From: Trichoplax sp. H2
Taxonomy: Eukaryota
Reading direction: 5' to 3'
Assembly (NCBI GenBank): GCA_003344405.1
Contig: NOWV01000024.1
Coordinates: 248,001 to 312,000 of the forward strand
DNA length: 64,000 nucleotides
Part shown: positions 1 to 13,855 of the stretch, one piece after another
Numbering within the stretch: position 1 is the first letter of the stretch
Layout: each line of letters begins with the position of its first letter
Position numbers and translations under genes: made by a program
Notes under the pieces: generated by a model
Databases searched by the model: none
The model's input: the letters and a program-made list of their open reading frames with translations, nothing else
What the model was told of the DNA's origin: nothing

Positions 1-3000
1 CAACTGATGCAGTCGATGGATCAAAAATCGTACAAATAAGGACAAGAATTTTATTGCGCAAATTGTAATGACCGAGTAATAATCTCTTACTATTACTGTA
101 GGTTCACTTTTTACGTAACCCCAAATTTGAATTAACGAAATTGAGCAATTCCCTAATGTGACACACTAATATACTAGAAATAATGCAAGTGAGCCGTCTC
201 ATCCTATTAGCATCTACAATTAGCTGAAATCATTACATAGTACCAGAAAAATAGGAAGGTACGCTAAACTGACTGTCTTGGACTTTTATATGTTCTAATA
301 ATTTTTTAATTTAGAAAAAAATGATTCGATCAAGTAGATCACTAGTATTGCTCATGTCAATGTCATGACTTGCGCATTCTATGTTATATGCTGTGGAGAT
401 ACCTTTAATGAATAATATTTTGATTCGATTTTAACCTGGCTGTCATTGGTTAAGGTTATTATGTTGAGGATTGGACTACTTTCGTACCCTGCAGATAAGC
501 TATAATATCAATTAATTAGAATAACCTTGAAGTCGTAGTGCTATATTGGTGAGGTCGTGAGGATAATCAACCTCGCCCTGTGGATGAATGCCTGAATGAT
601 TGATTAAAATCGCTATGTTCTACAAGTTCTATAACTAATTATCCAGTTTCACTCTGATATTGTAAGCATATCTAAAAAATAACAAAATATTATCTGATAT
701 AGGTTTAGGGGTTCAATTTTAAAGGATTAATCGCGTATTTGCATACCCTGCTAGCAAGGTATGTCAGTAACACTAAAGATTGTCAATTTTTGATATTTCA
801 ACATTTGGCAATGGCTAGGTATTACTAGCTAGCGTGTTAATCATAATACGATTGTATCATGTAGCTTTTAACGCATCAGTGGTCGGTGGAGATTAATGTA
901 GCGGGTGTATGTACGTGACCTTTTTGTAATATTTATGATTAATATTCAAGCAAAGTTGCTTATCCAATTTGGCTTATGTTTAACTTATTAAGATATCTAT
1001 CTGAGAATATTCTAAAATCAAAATATTTTGTAAATTAAATAAAATCAAGGTCAAATATAGTAGAAAATAAATATTGCTTATTATTAAAGATGGATACGAA
1101 ATGTTTTACCATCGCCAGTCTTACTCTTGCAAATTTCTAATGAAGGAAAAAGTCCTTTGCAAAATAGATCGATTGAAATGAAATATATTGAACCTCCTTA
1201 ATGGATGCTATCCATACCGTCCGTACCTTGCAGAGTTATAACTAATTATCGTAGTGAAATTCGCAGCTAAAATGATTCCTTCCAAGCTTTGACTACCATA
1301 AGTTCCCTGAAATTACCACTTAGATCATCCAAAATGACATAATTACATATTCATTATCTATATGTTATACTTAACGATAGTCTATATGGTGATAATCAGT
1401 CATATAAGTGTAAATCTCAGGAATGTATAATTAATGCAAATCATGCAGTTTAAAGGGTTACTTTAGCTAATTAATTATTCGGTAGGAAATAATAATTATA
1501 ATCACTACGATATTATACGCGTAGTATAGTTAGCCTAAATACAACTTATTAAAATAATACGTGTAAATCCAAATCAGTCTTTTCCCGTATCTTCTATCAA
1601 AAGCTGATAACTAAAAATGTCATTATTACCATCATACGATTATAAATTTGATTAAGTTAACCCTTCATGACATGCTCCACGTTTTCATTTATGCACTGTA
1701 TTAGCGGTTACGAAGATAAGTTAAAGTTCTCACGGAGATTGACCGTAACAATTATACTAGTTACAAATTTGTCGCAAATCGATAATATCAATTTGTAGGG
1801 GCAAAAGATTGGTTGGTAGTATGTTAGTTGTTGAACTTATTTCTTGTTCTAAAATGAAAGACATTGCGTCTCTTAGTTTCCGACAAAAGATCAATTTGGC
1901 TTCGCTTGTCAATTTAAAGCCTGATTTCAACTTCAGCAGTTATATCATTTTTTTCAGACCCTGTTTATCGCTTTTTATGTATATATATTTCAAGATATTC
2001 AATAATTGCCAATTCTAGAGATAATCTTGCAATACCATTAGCAGTTGCTTCGCTCGTAGTTATAAAACTAACTGCTATACGATTAAAACAGAATAAATGA
2101 TATCATACATACCATTATATAAGATTAGATTCTATAAAACGTTCAATAAAAGCATTAAGTTAACATCATGAGGTTCTTTTTATTAAATATTAATTAATTA
2201 ACAGTTATAGTGTATTATAATTAGCCCTGACAATACCACCTTTGGTTTCATTTTTATTCGTTATCCAATATAGAAATATATCTTCACTATCTTCATTATT
2301 TAGGTTTTGAATATGGATACATAAGCGTTATTGATAACGATACAATAGCAAGTCCTTATCATTTGATTAGCCAATCACAGCTGCAAGAAGTTTTATTTTT
2401 CAGTCATGATTAGCACTCAATATAATTATTATCTCACAGCACAACAATGTAATCTACTGAATGTATTTTGCTAAATTCAATCAACATAATCATTTGACAC
2501 ATTGTTACCATTTTGATTCATGATGCTAATGAAAGATCGATCAAAGGTTTCAAATTTTTACTATACTTGCTTAATAAGCTAAAAAACCTCATTTGATCTG
2601 CTTCGTTAATCCACGTTCAGTCCATTGGCTGGCTAGAAATAAAAAGTTATTGACTCCAATATACTCACTAAAGGCGTTAGATAGATGATATCAACAAAAA
2701 TTCATCGTTTATGTGATATTTAATAGGGAGCATAATCGCTTGCAAGTTATCAATCTAACCGATCATATTTCCCGTTTTTTGAGATAGCTAATCTAATATT
2801 ACCACTTCAAATAGTTGAGATCACTTTTCAAAAGACTTTCAGTAGATGTTTAAAATATCCTAATTTCTGACACCATCAAGCATAATATGAGGTAAGTAAA
2901 ATAGCCAAACTCTCAAGAAATCTTGTCAATGAAGCGAAAGCCCATCCGAATACTTTACGGCTGACATACATTTTAGATCACCCATTTCACGCTCTATTTT

Positions 3001-3868
3001 AGCAGTCATATACTAAAAAGACAGCATTTTATTTTTGTTTCATCATCGCTAATGGGTAATTTCTTATCATTTATATTCATGGATACCATTTTTTGATGCA
3101 ATAAATAGAAGTAGAGGGGCAACCTATTTTATAGCTATTTTTCCCCTTCTTGAGGTACAAAATCTTTTATGAATGATTGGTTTTAGGAGCGCTGAAGAAG
3201 TAAATTTAGCTTCCTTAATCATAGTTTGGTACAACGAAAATATTTCTTACACCAAATTTATAAAGTATTATTTTCTTACTTGTATGCATTAATTAAAGCG
3301 AGTTTATTTCTATTGCTTTCTAATTTCGAACAACAATAAAGTCAAGATCATTAGTGTAGCAGAACTTATTTTCATTGATTGAACACCTGGTCAATTTTTT
3401 TTTATTTGCTCATTACCAGTTTGAATACTTATTTTTACGGTAGAAATTCAATTTCGTAATCAGCATGTTTTAGATTTAAAAAAATTAATAAGCATTACTG
3501 CCCAAGCAAATCATAAGTAGCCTAAAAGTAGAAAGAGTTAGAGTCCAAGATATTTGCCTGTCGCTAAATTTCATTTCGGTACGATTAATTAAGAAAGAAC
3601 TGCTTTAGACGTAAAATTTTTATATCAGTTAATAAACTCATTTACTCAGCTATATACTATTGCTAATTGAAAAGATTGCTTCATCGGCATCATCTGAATA
3701 GGAAAATCGCAGCTAAAATAGTTCAGTAATTGAGAATAGTTTTAACTATTTACCATGAAAACAACTCGAATGACTTTAAACACTTCAAGTCCAAGAGAGG
3801 AGAAAGGGCTGTCTAAATTCGTCTCAATCATTCATTTTCTATTTTAGGGATAGAACGTTACAAGAACC

Positions 3869-6800
3869 ATGACGTCGTCTAGTTTCAATTTCATGACAAT
3901 CTTTTTCCTGTCTATAATTTCAATCACATATGGTAAGTTAACAAGAAATTCAACAGATCGATGTTATATCTACATGCAATAATTTTAAGTTAGAATTGAA
4001 CAAGTGTTATAATTAGTCATACGTATAAAATTTCGCTTCCATTGCATGACAATAATTTCTACATCGGCAAAAACTAAAATCGTAGCCGAATAGTGACAAA
4101 TGCTTCACTAAAGTTGTCGTAAATATGCTATCATTTAGGTTTAACTTATTTTTCTGAAAACCCAAAAAGTTATTATTTAGCTGGAAACGTGCCTCATGTT
4201 AACTTTTCGTGTAAATTACAAACCGATTTACGCCACTATTATTGGATAATCGATTGGTATGATGGTCTGGAACGGATTGATCCACATATCAAGACTGGAA
4301 GGAAAACATTTTCCATAACCAACTTTTTTTATCCTAATACAACCTCTATGACAGAAACGGCATTAACCGTTACTTTCTCGAATACAAGTACAATATTTGC
4401 AGAATTCTATTGCGTTGCTTATAACTACAACAATACTATGAAACTAAATTCAGAGTCAGGACTCATTTATAACCTGAGTAAGTATTACATCCTTTGTATT
4501 ATTTCATTTTTTACCCACTGGCCAACTATTCAATTAGTTCTGCGTATCACAGTTAACGAATATAAAGTATCTACGCAATAATGATGGAATTTGTCTTTTT
4601 ATAAGATCTTTATTTATGATTTGATAGCAGTCTAAAGCGGCTAGTAGATAATATCCTATCAGAGTAGATGGCGTCCAAAGCAATAGAAATCAATTTGACA
4701 CTATTTGAATATTTCTATGGCCGAGCTTAGTAATATATCGTATGCAATATTTCATTTTGAACCTTGTAGTCGACTATTCAGTTAGTCCTGTCTATCACAA
4801 TCAAAGAATAAAATGTCTACGATATAATGATGGTATTTACCTATCTAAGGGATCTCTATTTATTAATAGATAGCGGTAAAAAGTAGTCTGATAGGTATAG
4901 TGCTATCAGAGGAGATTAATTTGAAAGTGATGAAAATTAATTTGACTCTTTCATAAATCATATTCAACTGTAATCTTATCTTCGGATATTTATTAATTTT
5001 AAAGGACAAGTTACGTTAAAAGGGAATCCAAAAAGCCAAATCAAGCGTACTTATAATTCGTTAACAATAGAACGCGGTGATATATTAGAATTACCTCTAC
5101 ACGCTAAATATAAGTTTGAATGGGAATCTGCACCTTTGAATGAACAAACCCAAGATAATTTTAATCGAATTAAGACTACAAATCGAGTTTTTGTAACATC
5201 CACTGGGCAACTGGTCTTCGCTTATTTAATAAAAAATGATAGCAGACGCTATAAACCTATTCTAAAGATAGAAGGATATCGTCGAAATCATACCATAGAG
5301 GGCGATATTTTCAAACTCACTGTTAAGGATCCGGGTAAGTTCAATGGTGTGGAATTGCATGAATAATGTAAGAAATAGCATTTCAGATATAGAAATAGAA
5401 ATGGAAGTATGGCTGTGATAGACGCTTAACGGAGAATATCGAATGAGCTATTAGATTTTAATCGAACTTTTGATAGCTTTATAAGGAGATATCAAAGTGC
5501 ATAAAGCTGCAATAAATTCTAATCTAGGATGTTGGAGTTGATTAAAATTGATTTAAATTGTATCTATCTAAGATTGATTACCTTTGTTTTTTTCAATTGC
5601 AGATGGTTGCCGGAAAGATTGCAGTATGTATTTTAAACGAATTCATAATTCCGTGCTTATACTCTTAAATAGTTTCAATCTTTTTCTCTTGGTCTTCTTT
5701 TTGTAACTATGTTGTACAGAGATTAAATTTTATCATATTAACGTAAATATAATCTCTAACCATATCATCCACTAAATTTAATTATCCGAAATAGAAGTCA
5801 GTGTTCGCATGATGGTTAGAAATAAAACTATAAAAGCGCTTATAAACTCTGCCGTTACCTTAGAATGCATTGCAACTGGCAGGTAAGTCATATTTTTTCT
5901 CTCTGATTTCATCATAAGATATTTCATTTGGATAGTAAGCTACTTAAAACTATTTAATACCAAACTTATTCATATAACGTTAAATTTCTAAGTCATGGCA
6001 TTCAAGTACGATATTGTAGGAATTTTACAGTTAATAACTGCTAATAATTAATGTCAACGTTCTCAAGTTATCAAAATTGCTTTTTAAATCAATAGCTTAT
6101 ATTAATCATCATCATCATGGTGATGATCATTTATTAGTTTAATTTCAGTTTTTAGGACATTAGCATTTTGTCTATTTGGTAGAAATTCTTATTTATCTCA
6201 GAACTAGATTCTAGTTTTTACGATTTTCGTAGTATTCTTGAATGAAGTCGACTATAGAATATTCAGTTTAGATCACGTGCTTATTAAGGAAAATCTAAAG
6301 TTTAAATTAGTCACATTTAATTTCTCAGCTATAACAATCAAGTACGGCTTTATTTTTATAAGTAGCTATTGCTTATGGCTGCTAGTATCACATTTATTAA
6401 GTTGTCCGTTATCGTTTAGGTCAGTTAATGATGCTAACCAACATCAAAATGCTGATTGTAATTTTATTTGAGTTTCAACTTTTATAAGCACGTCTCGTTT
6501 ATTTTTTATCTATTCCTTTTAGTTCGTAAGATCTAGAATCTATTTTCAAATTTTGTAAGCATTCTTTATTGAGGTCAACTAAAGAATATTTAATTTAGAT
6601 TATGAGCTAAGTAATAAATTTCCAATTTTGTATATGTTCTACTATATTTAATTTCTCGGTCATAACTATCAAGTACTACAAAATATTTATGTAAAAGCAA
6701 TCGTCAATGACTGCTAATATTAGTTTATTTATGACAATTCATGATGGTATAAAACGATTATAATCATGCTTTTATTCCGAGCTCCTACAAGGATTAGTCA

Positions 6801-9800
6801 TTACTATCTTCATCATTCTTCCTAGCCTACATTAAAATTCTACTTTTATGGAATATTTGTATTTATAGCCCAGCACCAAAGCTTGATTGGTGCCACTACC
6901 CTAAATTATCTCATTCCTGCTTACCAGTCAGATCTCTTAAGCCACGTGTCCGGGAAACTGCAGACAAACAATATTTAACAATTAGTAAAGTGACCTTAGA
7001 TGATCACCATTTTGTATGCTATGCTTCTAATTCTCATAGTTTTGCTAGCGGACATTTTTACATCAAAGCTAGAGGTAAGGTGACTAAATATTTGGTTGAG
7101 CTAATTTACTAAAGCTTCAATTAACTTGACAAATTCTTTATTACTAAGCAGTACACTGTAAATTTGAGGAATTATTCACATTTATGAATAGCGATTACAA
7201 TCTCTGATTTTAATTTCCTCATGCTTAGAAAATCTCCGCTGGATTCGACCACCCAGTTCAGAAGTTTCTGTTTCTCCATTAGTAAATGAGCATGTATTCA
7301 GCTGTCCCTATACCGGTGGTAAATCGGGAAATCCAACCATTATCTGGTCTAGAAATTCAGATGCTCTTGATGAGGACCTTTGTTCTCGCGGAGCGATTTG
7401 TGACATTAAAAATGAGCAAATTACCTTCAATATCAGCGCAGCTACTTCTAATTCGCTGAGAGAGACGAATGTTGACTGTCGAATATCTGATTATCCGGGA
7501 AGTTTATCTGCTGCAACTTTTGTGACAATACATAGTAAGCTTACTTTCATTTAGACAGCGAATTTTCTCGCTACCTTTATTAAATTTGCATAGATGTATT
7601 ATACGGTATTTAATATCATGCGCGTATGAAATCCTTATTTTAAATACTAAGATTAAAAATATTAGTAATTCTATATAATAATGTTTTAATGACGCTGATT
7701 GCTTTTCAGATGTTGCAAGTTCGCTTATTAGAAGTCCTCCAAAAGTCATTGCGACAGAAGTAGGAAGCAATGCGATGTTTCATTGCCTTTTTGTTGGTTC
7801 ACCCCGGCCGCTGCTTGAATATTATTATAACGAAAAACGAATTAATGTAATCAGTCTACATTATCAAACTTTTTTTAATGGTACACTACTGATTATTAAT
7901 GTTACAAAAAACGATGAGGGATTCTATTCTTGCAAGATAGCGTCTACGGAAAACTCCAATAACTTTACAATTAGTAGTTCTAATACTACCATGATTCGTG
8001 TCTATAGTAAGTAATTCAAATTAAGAGTTGATTACGCAAGTAACAATAATCTTTCTATACGGACATATTTTATTGAATTTTTTATCGTTTCTGGCCAGTA
8101 AAATTCTAAATTAAATCCTTAAATATGTAAATTCTATAATAAATTCATGTGCGTCATTTATATATCTATTTTTATATGAATTATAAGTCATTAGAAGCAT
8201 ACTTTTACCAATTTACCTTACTGATTACTTAAGGTAATAACTTTAATCATGCATTTTATAACCTACGATGTATGCTTTATAAACCGTCTAAGACGCTTGT
8301 ATTCGTATAATTATTTATCGTTAATGATGAATTATTCAGATTGATTCTTTATGCTACCTTTAATTAGTATTTCATATTAGTTTCAACTTAGTACTGAGTC
8401 TATTTTGCAATTTTATAAACGTAAATTTATTACATTGTCGACTTAGCTGAAACAGTATTGTATAAGATATCAAGCCGTTTTAGTGAGATAGGCAAGAGGT
8501 CTTGTCTATCTTTGATTTATATAGTATTTCATAAGCTATTTGTTTCTAAAACAAAAAACAACTACTGTATGTAATAGCTCAACTATGGCTAAAATCATTA
8601 CTATTTTGCTACTTTTCTCTTGTAGATAAAACAAAAATTGAAAGCAAATTTATATCAGACATCCGCAAAGAATCAGATTCATTCGATATTTATTGTAATT
8701 TTACATTCGATGGGGAAATAAACGAAACTTTGTCTACGTATTGGAATGTTAAAGGAAAAAGATTTGATGAAGGACCTCGCCTTCGAGCTACACAAGTATT
8801 TTATAACAATAATTCTGGTATTAACACATTGCATTATAAAAATTCAGAACCACAAGATACTGGTAGGATTGAGTGTGTTGTCGAATATACTGCTGGAACT
8901 CCAATCAAGACATTTAAAACCACCGTAGCTGGATTTATTACTATATCAGGTATTGAATAGTTAACTACTTATTAATATGACGCATTATTTATTAATATTT
9001 ACTCGTAGTTGGTGTTATGTAAATGTATATGCATCGATAAGGTTTCTACTATCTTGCTAGCGCTAATATTTAATGAACATAATCGATTAGTAACAACATA
9101 TTAGGACTATTATTGATATTGTTGCTTATGCCTTCACGGTGAAGATTTGCAAATACACTAATGTATCAACAACTCTGTAGTATACGCGTATAGTGATGAG
9201 AAAACAAATTAAGTACCCGCAAGACTATTTAGCAGCTTTGTACAGTGACTAATGCCTTCCCATCTACCGACAATTTGAGAATTTACTATTTATCCTACCT
9301 TTTGTAGAATAGATAGAGTTGGAGCCTCTTCCTAGCTAGTTAGCTATTAATAGCAATTTGTAATTATTACGCGGCGTTTCTTGTCACCAATCTCTTTATC
9401 AATTTTATTTTTGTCTAACTATTACGAACTCTTGCAGGCATACCGCAGTCTCCTTATAACGTGCAAATTAAGAAGTCCGAGTACCGTACGGTTCTTATTT
9501 CAGCAGAAATTTGGTGGAACTTTAATTATGAGTTGTGGAATAACACTATACCGATAGGTTTTGGAATTTATTGCAAACAAAAGGCTAATAGCTCGTACAC
9601 TCTAGCTGCTAATGGGTTCTGCAAGCCATTTATCTTCGAAAAAACTTTAATCCTTGTTCCTAATAGCAATCGAACATGCCATATTGTTGCCATAAGCAAC
9701 ATCGGACGAGGAATACCATCGAAATCCTTTCAACTCGAGAACCGACAAAAAATTGGTAAGCATTACGATACCTTCGTAATTGACAGCTTATTTATACTGA

Positions 9801-12800
9801 TCTCTTCTCTGCATTGATACAGATTAATATATCTGTCAGGTATGTAACATTTTTACACAAAAGTTCTAGTATATATCTTTCATAATTCTAGTCACTAGAA
9901 ACTATCAGAGCATTAACCTTATCGTTACCGATACATCATTGCCGATATTTTATGATGAAATATTTCATGTCATCCTAGAATATTGTATTAGTTCTAATTG
10001 CTTTGACTAACCGTACGATATCGTTATTGATATTTATATCACTACTTCTACATAGTAACATGATTATTGAGCAAACGCAAATTTTCGCAGAATCACCATA
10101 TAATTTTACTATTTACTAAACGCGAAAATCGTTAGATAATCCAATGATAACATTATAATGACTGTATAAAACTTATCATGGTTATTTTTTTCTATTGTTT
10201 AATGCCAATCAAAGTGATCGAAAATGTTACCGTCTCTTGCTTAAAAAACTTTCGAATTTTGATTAGTTGGGCTGTAAGTATCTAATTGCATAATAACGTT
10301 TTCGAAATAAATGATGTCAATTGTTCCTGTTAAAAATTTTAATATCTCCTTTCTAATGCTATGATGATGTAGCCTTTAGCGATATGGAAAAATAGCAATA
10401 ACTTCAGCTATACAATCTATTTCAAGAAAGTCAAGCAGATTTCTTACGATCGTAAAGATATTATAAAGATCTCATCGCATATATTAAAGAATGCCATTTT
10501 TAACACCAGTTATCAAATCAAAGTTGGCACTCGTAACTTGCTCGAAGGATTTGACGTTAATTCAACCGTGAAAATAATCAAGTGCAGCTTTAGTGAGAGA
10601 ACATACTGATATAAGATTACTATTACTACCGTATGAATAGTTTGCAACTGCTTATATTTTTTAGGGATATTTATTTGCTAAAGGTTAACAATGCTGCTAA
10701 GGTTTTGATGTACCGTTTTTCTTGTTATTGAATTACAGACTCTGTATTAACACCAACAAATCTTATGGTTAATGGATCAGAATTGGGGTTAAATGTTGAT
10801 TGGAAAGGAATTTCAGCTGCCAAAATCAATTTTAATCTTGCTGGATATGTAGTAAGTATTACTGAATCATAGATCTATCAAATATAATAGATCTATGAGT
10901 ATTGAAATGTTCTTGTAAGCTAATTACGTTCTATAAAATCGCTCAATTTTCAAGCATAAAATACTACATTTTAAGGTAATTTCGCCATGTTATTATTGCT
11001 CATCTTAGCGTAATAATTAGTAAAAAAAATGCTGGTTGCTTCGTTTTAATTTCATTAGCTTTGTTTTCTGCACGCATGATTATTTCTCATCATTTAGCTC
11101 TATATCAAGAAGTTTGATAGTTTAAAGCTCCAAATGAGAGAAACAACAGAAACACACCTTTTCGTCAGATGGGCAGCTTTTGATGAAGGAAATGGAATTT
11201 ACGACCTACAAGTTTTTCCTTTCGATGTTCGGAATATTAGTGGTTATGGATCTAATGTTTACAGATATGATTATGTTGATTCACAGTCGACAGTATCATA
11301 TTCATCAACACCAGGTTAGCATTAGATTTTTAGGATTAAACTTTGGTTACTTATTAAGACAATATGTAGGACAATTTTAGTTGATACTTAATCGTTTGAT
11401 TTTTAAAATTTCCTGGTTAATTTAATTCATTCCAACTCAAAGGGTTGTTATTTGCGTCGATTTATTGTGGCTGTTTATTAAGATAGTATGCGGGACAATT
11501 TGAGTTGATATGGTACTTAATGGTTTAATTTTTAAAATTTGTTGATTAATTGAATTCATTCCAAGTTAGGGATATGCTATAGGTATAGAATTATTAAATG
11601 AGTAGCTATATTATGAGCAGAACGAATCGCTTGAGTTATATTTAGCTTAAAAGAGAAAAAAGTAGAACGGGAGTTAATTGATGGATATCCTTTTTGGTTT
11701 AGTTTCACAGGGAAGTAGGAGTGGAGCAGTTTTTAGTGGAGTAGGAGTTACAATTTTTGTTGTTGTCATTGCTGCAATAGTTATTTATTGGAGGAGAAAA
11801 CGGCGAAAAGACTTGAAAAATAGGGATAAATCACCCTCTCCTACCATTAAGGAATCGATGTTAACATTAGTCAGCAGCGGAGTAACCTCACAACAAAATT
11901 TAAATATTGCAGAAGTAAAATCAAATGAATACATTGAAGCGAAATCACACGATAAGTGGGAATATCCAAAGTCTAAATTAACTTTAGGTGATGAGTTAGG
12001 ACACGGTGCTTATGGACAAGTGGTTCAAGGTGAAGCGATTGATATTCAAGATCATGTTGGAATAACCGTAGTTGCGGTTAAAATGTTAAAATCAGATGCA
12101 TTAGATATTGAGAGAAGGAGCTTATTAGCTGAATTAGACATGTTGAAAAGCTTAGATAAGCATCAGAATATTATTTCGCTACTTGGTTGCTGCACCTATG
12201 AAGGTAAGAATTTGTTCTACTGCAATCCATTTTAGTACTCCAACCTAGAAAGAATAAACTATTTCTTTTTGTTTGAATAGTGGATAATTTGTTGTAAGTA
12301 ATTCAATTTCTAAGCTACCGGAATATTACGTCAATTTCATCTAATTGAATTACTTTCAATTTTGTAATAATATGATGGCCAGCACCATTGCTAATCATTG
12401 TCGAATTTGCATGCCATGGAGATTTATTAAAGTATTTAAGATCCAACCGAGGTGATGGAGACTTTGGTAATTTAACATTGGAACGATTAACAGAAATTGC
12501 TTGGCAAATATCTAATGGAATGACTTATTTAGAACAGATGAAGGCAAGTTTCAGTGATTGATTACATTTTCATGGGTGGATCTCAATGCTTGTGCTTTTG
12601 ATCATCATGATAGGATATTATTTATAAGTTGTCATTTCTGAGTTATGTTTTGACGTCAATAGACTAATTTGGTTATGAGATTGAATTCATTATTGGAATT
12701 TTTCAGAGTGACAGTGCTAAAAACAGGGTTGCATTTTTAATATCATTAATTTCTTGTTTATCATTTATCAATACAGTTAATTCATCGAGATTTAGCTGCT

Positions 12801-13250
12801 CGTAATGTCCTCTTGGATGAAGACTATAACTGTAAGATTTCAGATTTTGGCTTGGCTCGCGATGTTTATGAATCTAATCTATACACTAGATCGAGTAGAA
12901 GTCGTCTACCGGTTAAATGGATGGCGTTAGAATCTATTTTTGATGATATTTGGACCACTAAAAGTGATGTTTGGTCATTTGGTGTCGTTGTATGGGAAAT
13001 TTTTACGTTAGGCTCATTTCCATATCCCGGCATGACGGCTGCCGAAACAACGGAAAAAGTACGAAATGGCTATAGGATGGAAAAGCCGCAAAATTGTCCA
13101 AATGAAATCTATCAAATTATTTCAGATTGTTGGTCGGAAGATTATCGTAATCGACCATCATTTGATAAAGTTAAATTGCGTTTGGAATATTATCGTGAAT
13201 CTACCGATAGTTACCTGACTTTAGAAGAAGGAGAATCTGTACAAGCGTAG
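3869..13250 (+). CDS. Receptor tyrosine kinase, ~1338 aa, 16 exons: signal peptide, 6 Ig-like, 3 FN3, TM, RET/FGFR-like kinase
   Basis: Manually spliced exons 3869-3932, 4139-4477, 5005-5334, 5795-5882, 6869-7074, 7229-7534, 7710-8006, 8626-8949, 9438-9755, 10215-10273, 10373-10592, 10739-10851, 11098-11314, 11703-12203, 12383-12543 and 12777-13250 give one open frame (4017 nt). Signal peptide MTSSSFNFMTIFFLSIISITYG. Ig motifs LECIATGSPAPKLDW and GTLLIINVTKNDEGFYSC. TM VGVTIFVVVIAAIVIYW followed by RRKRRK. Kinase motifs GHGAYG, VAVK, HRDLAARN, DFG and LPVKWMALES. Confidence 0.9.
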
Positions 13251-13359
13251 TCGTCTATAGTCTATTTGAATTGGAATACAAGAGTAATAAGAGGAGGAAG
13301 TCGATTACACACCTATTGGCAATTTGGAATGACAATTGGATACAAGAAAAGATAGACGA

Positions 13360-13855
13360 GAATCAATCATGGTATCTTTCAGCCAAGATAAATTGGTAAA
13401 TTTACTAGGCGTTGATCAATCCTATTTGATGATGACAAAGACAGGTTACCGTATATTGTAGACGGTAAACTGGATCCTATCTAGAAACGATTAAACTACT
13501 TCCTCCTCAGTCGCATTTTATTATACCTAGAGCGAAGCACTTTGTAATAAACTATGTCATTAATGAATGAATTGTATTGCACATCTATGCCAATTTAATA
13601 TTGAAAAGAGAGAAGAGAACCAATCCTTATACCTTTCGGGCATGATAAATTTGGTGAAAGATGCAAATTTACCAGGATTTGATCGATTTTCTTTAAAGAT
13701 GACAAAGACAGTAAAGCGTATATATCGTAGGCGGTAAAATGGAACCTATCTAGAACCATCAAATTGCTTTCTCTTCAATCGCATTTTATTATACCTATAG
13801 CTAAACATATTATAACAGATTGAATCATTGAATTATGTCATATACCAATTGAATG
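13360..13855. repeat. Diverged two-copy ~270-bp duplication in the RTK 3' region
   Basis: GATGACAAAGACAG...CGGTAAA.TGGA.CCTATCTAGAA...CGCATTTTATTATACCTA occurs near 13431 and 13698. Confidence 0.75.

Noticed and set aside
1..2020. Short ORFs at the window start, including a signal-peptide-like MRRLTCIISS on the minus strand
   Set aside because: They terminate quickly and have no homology or splice support.
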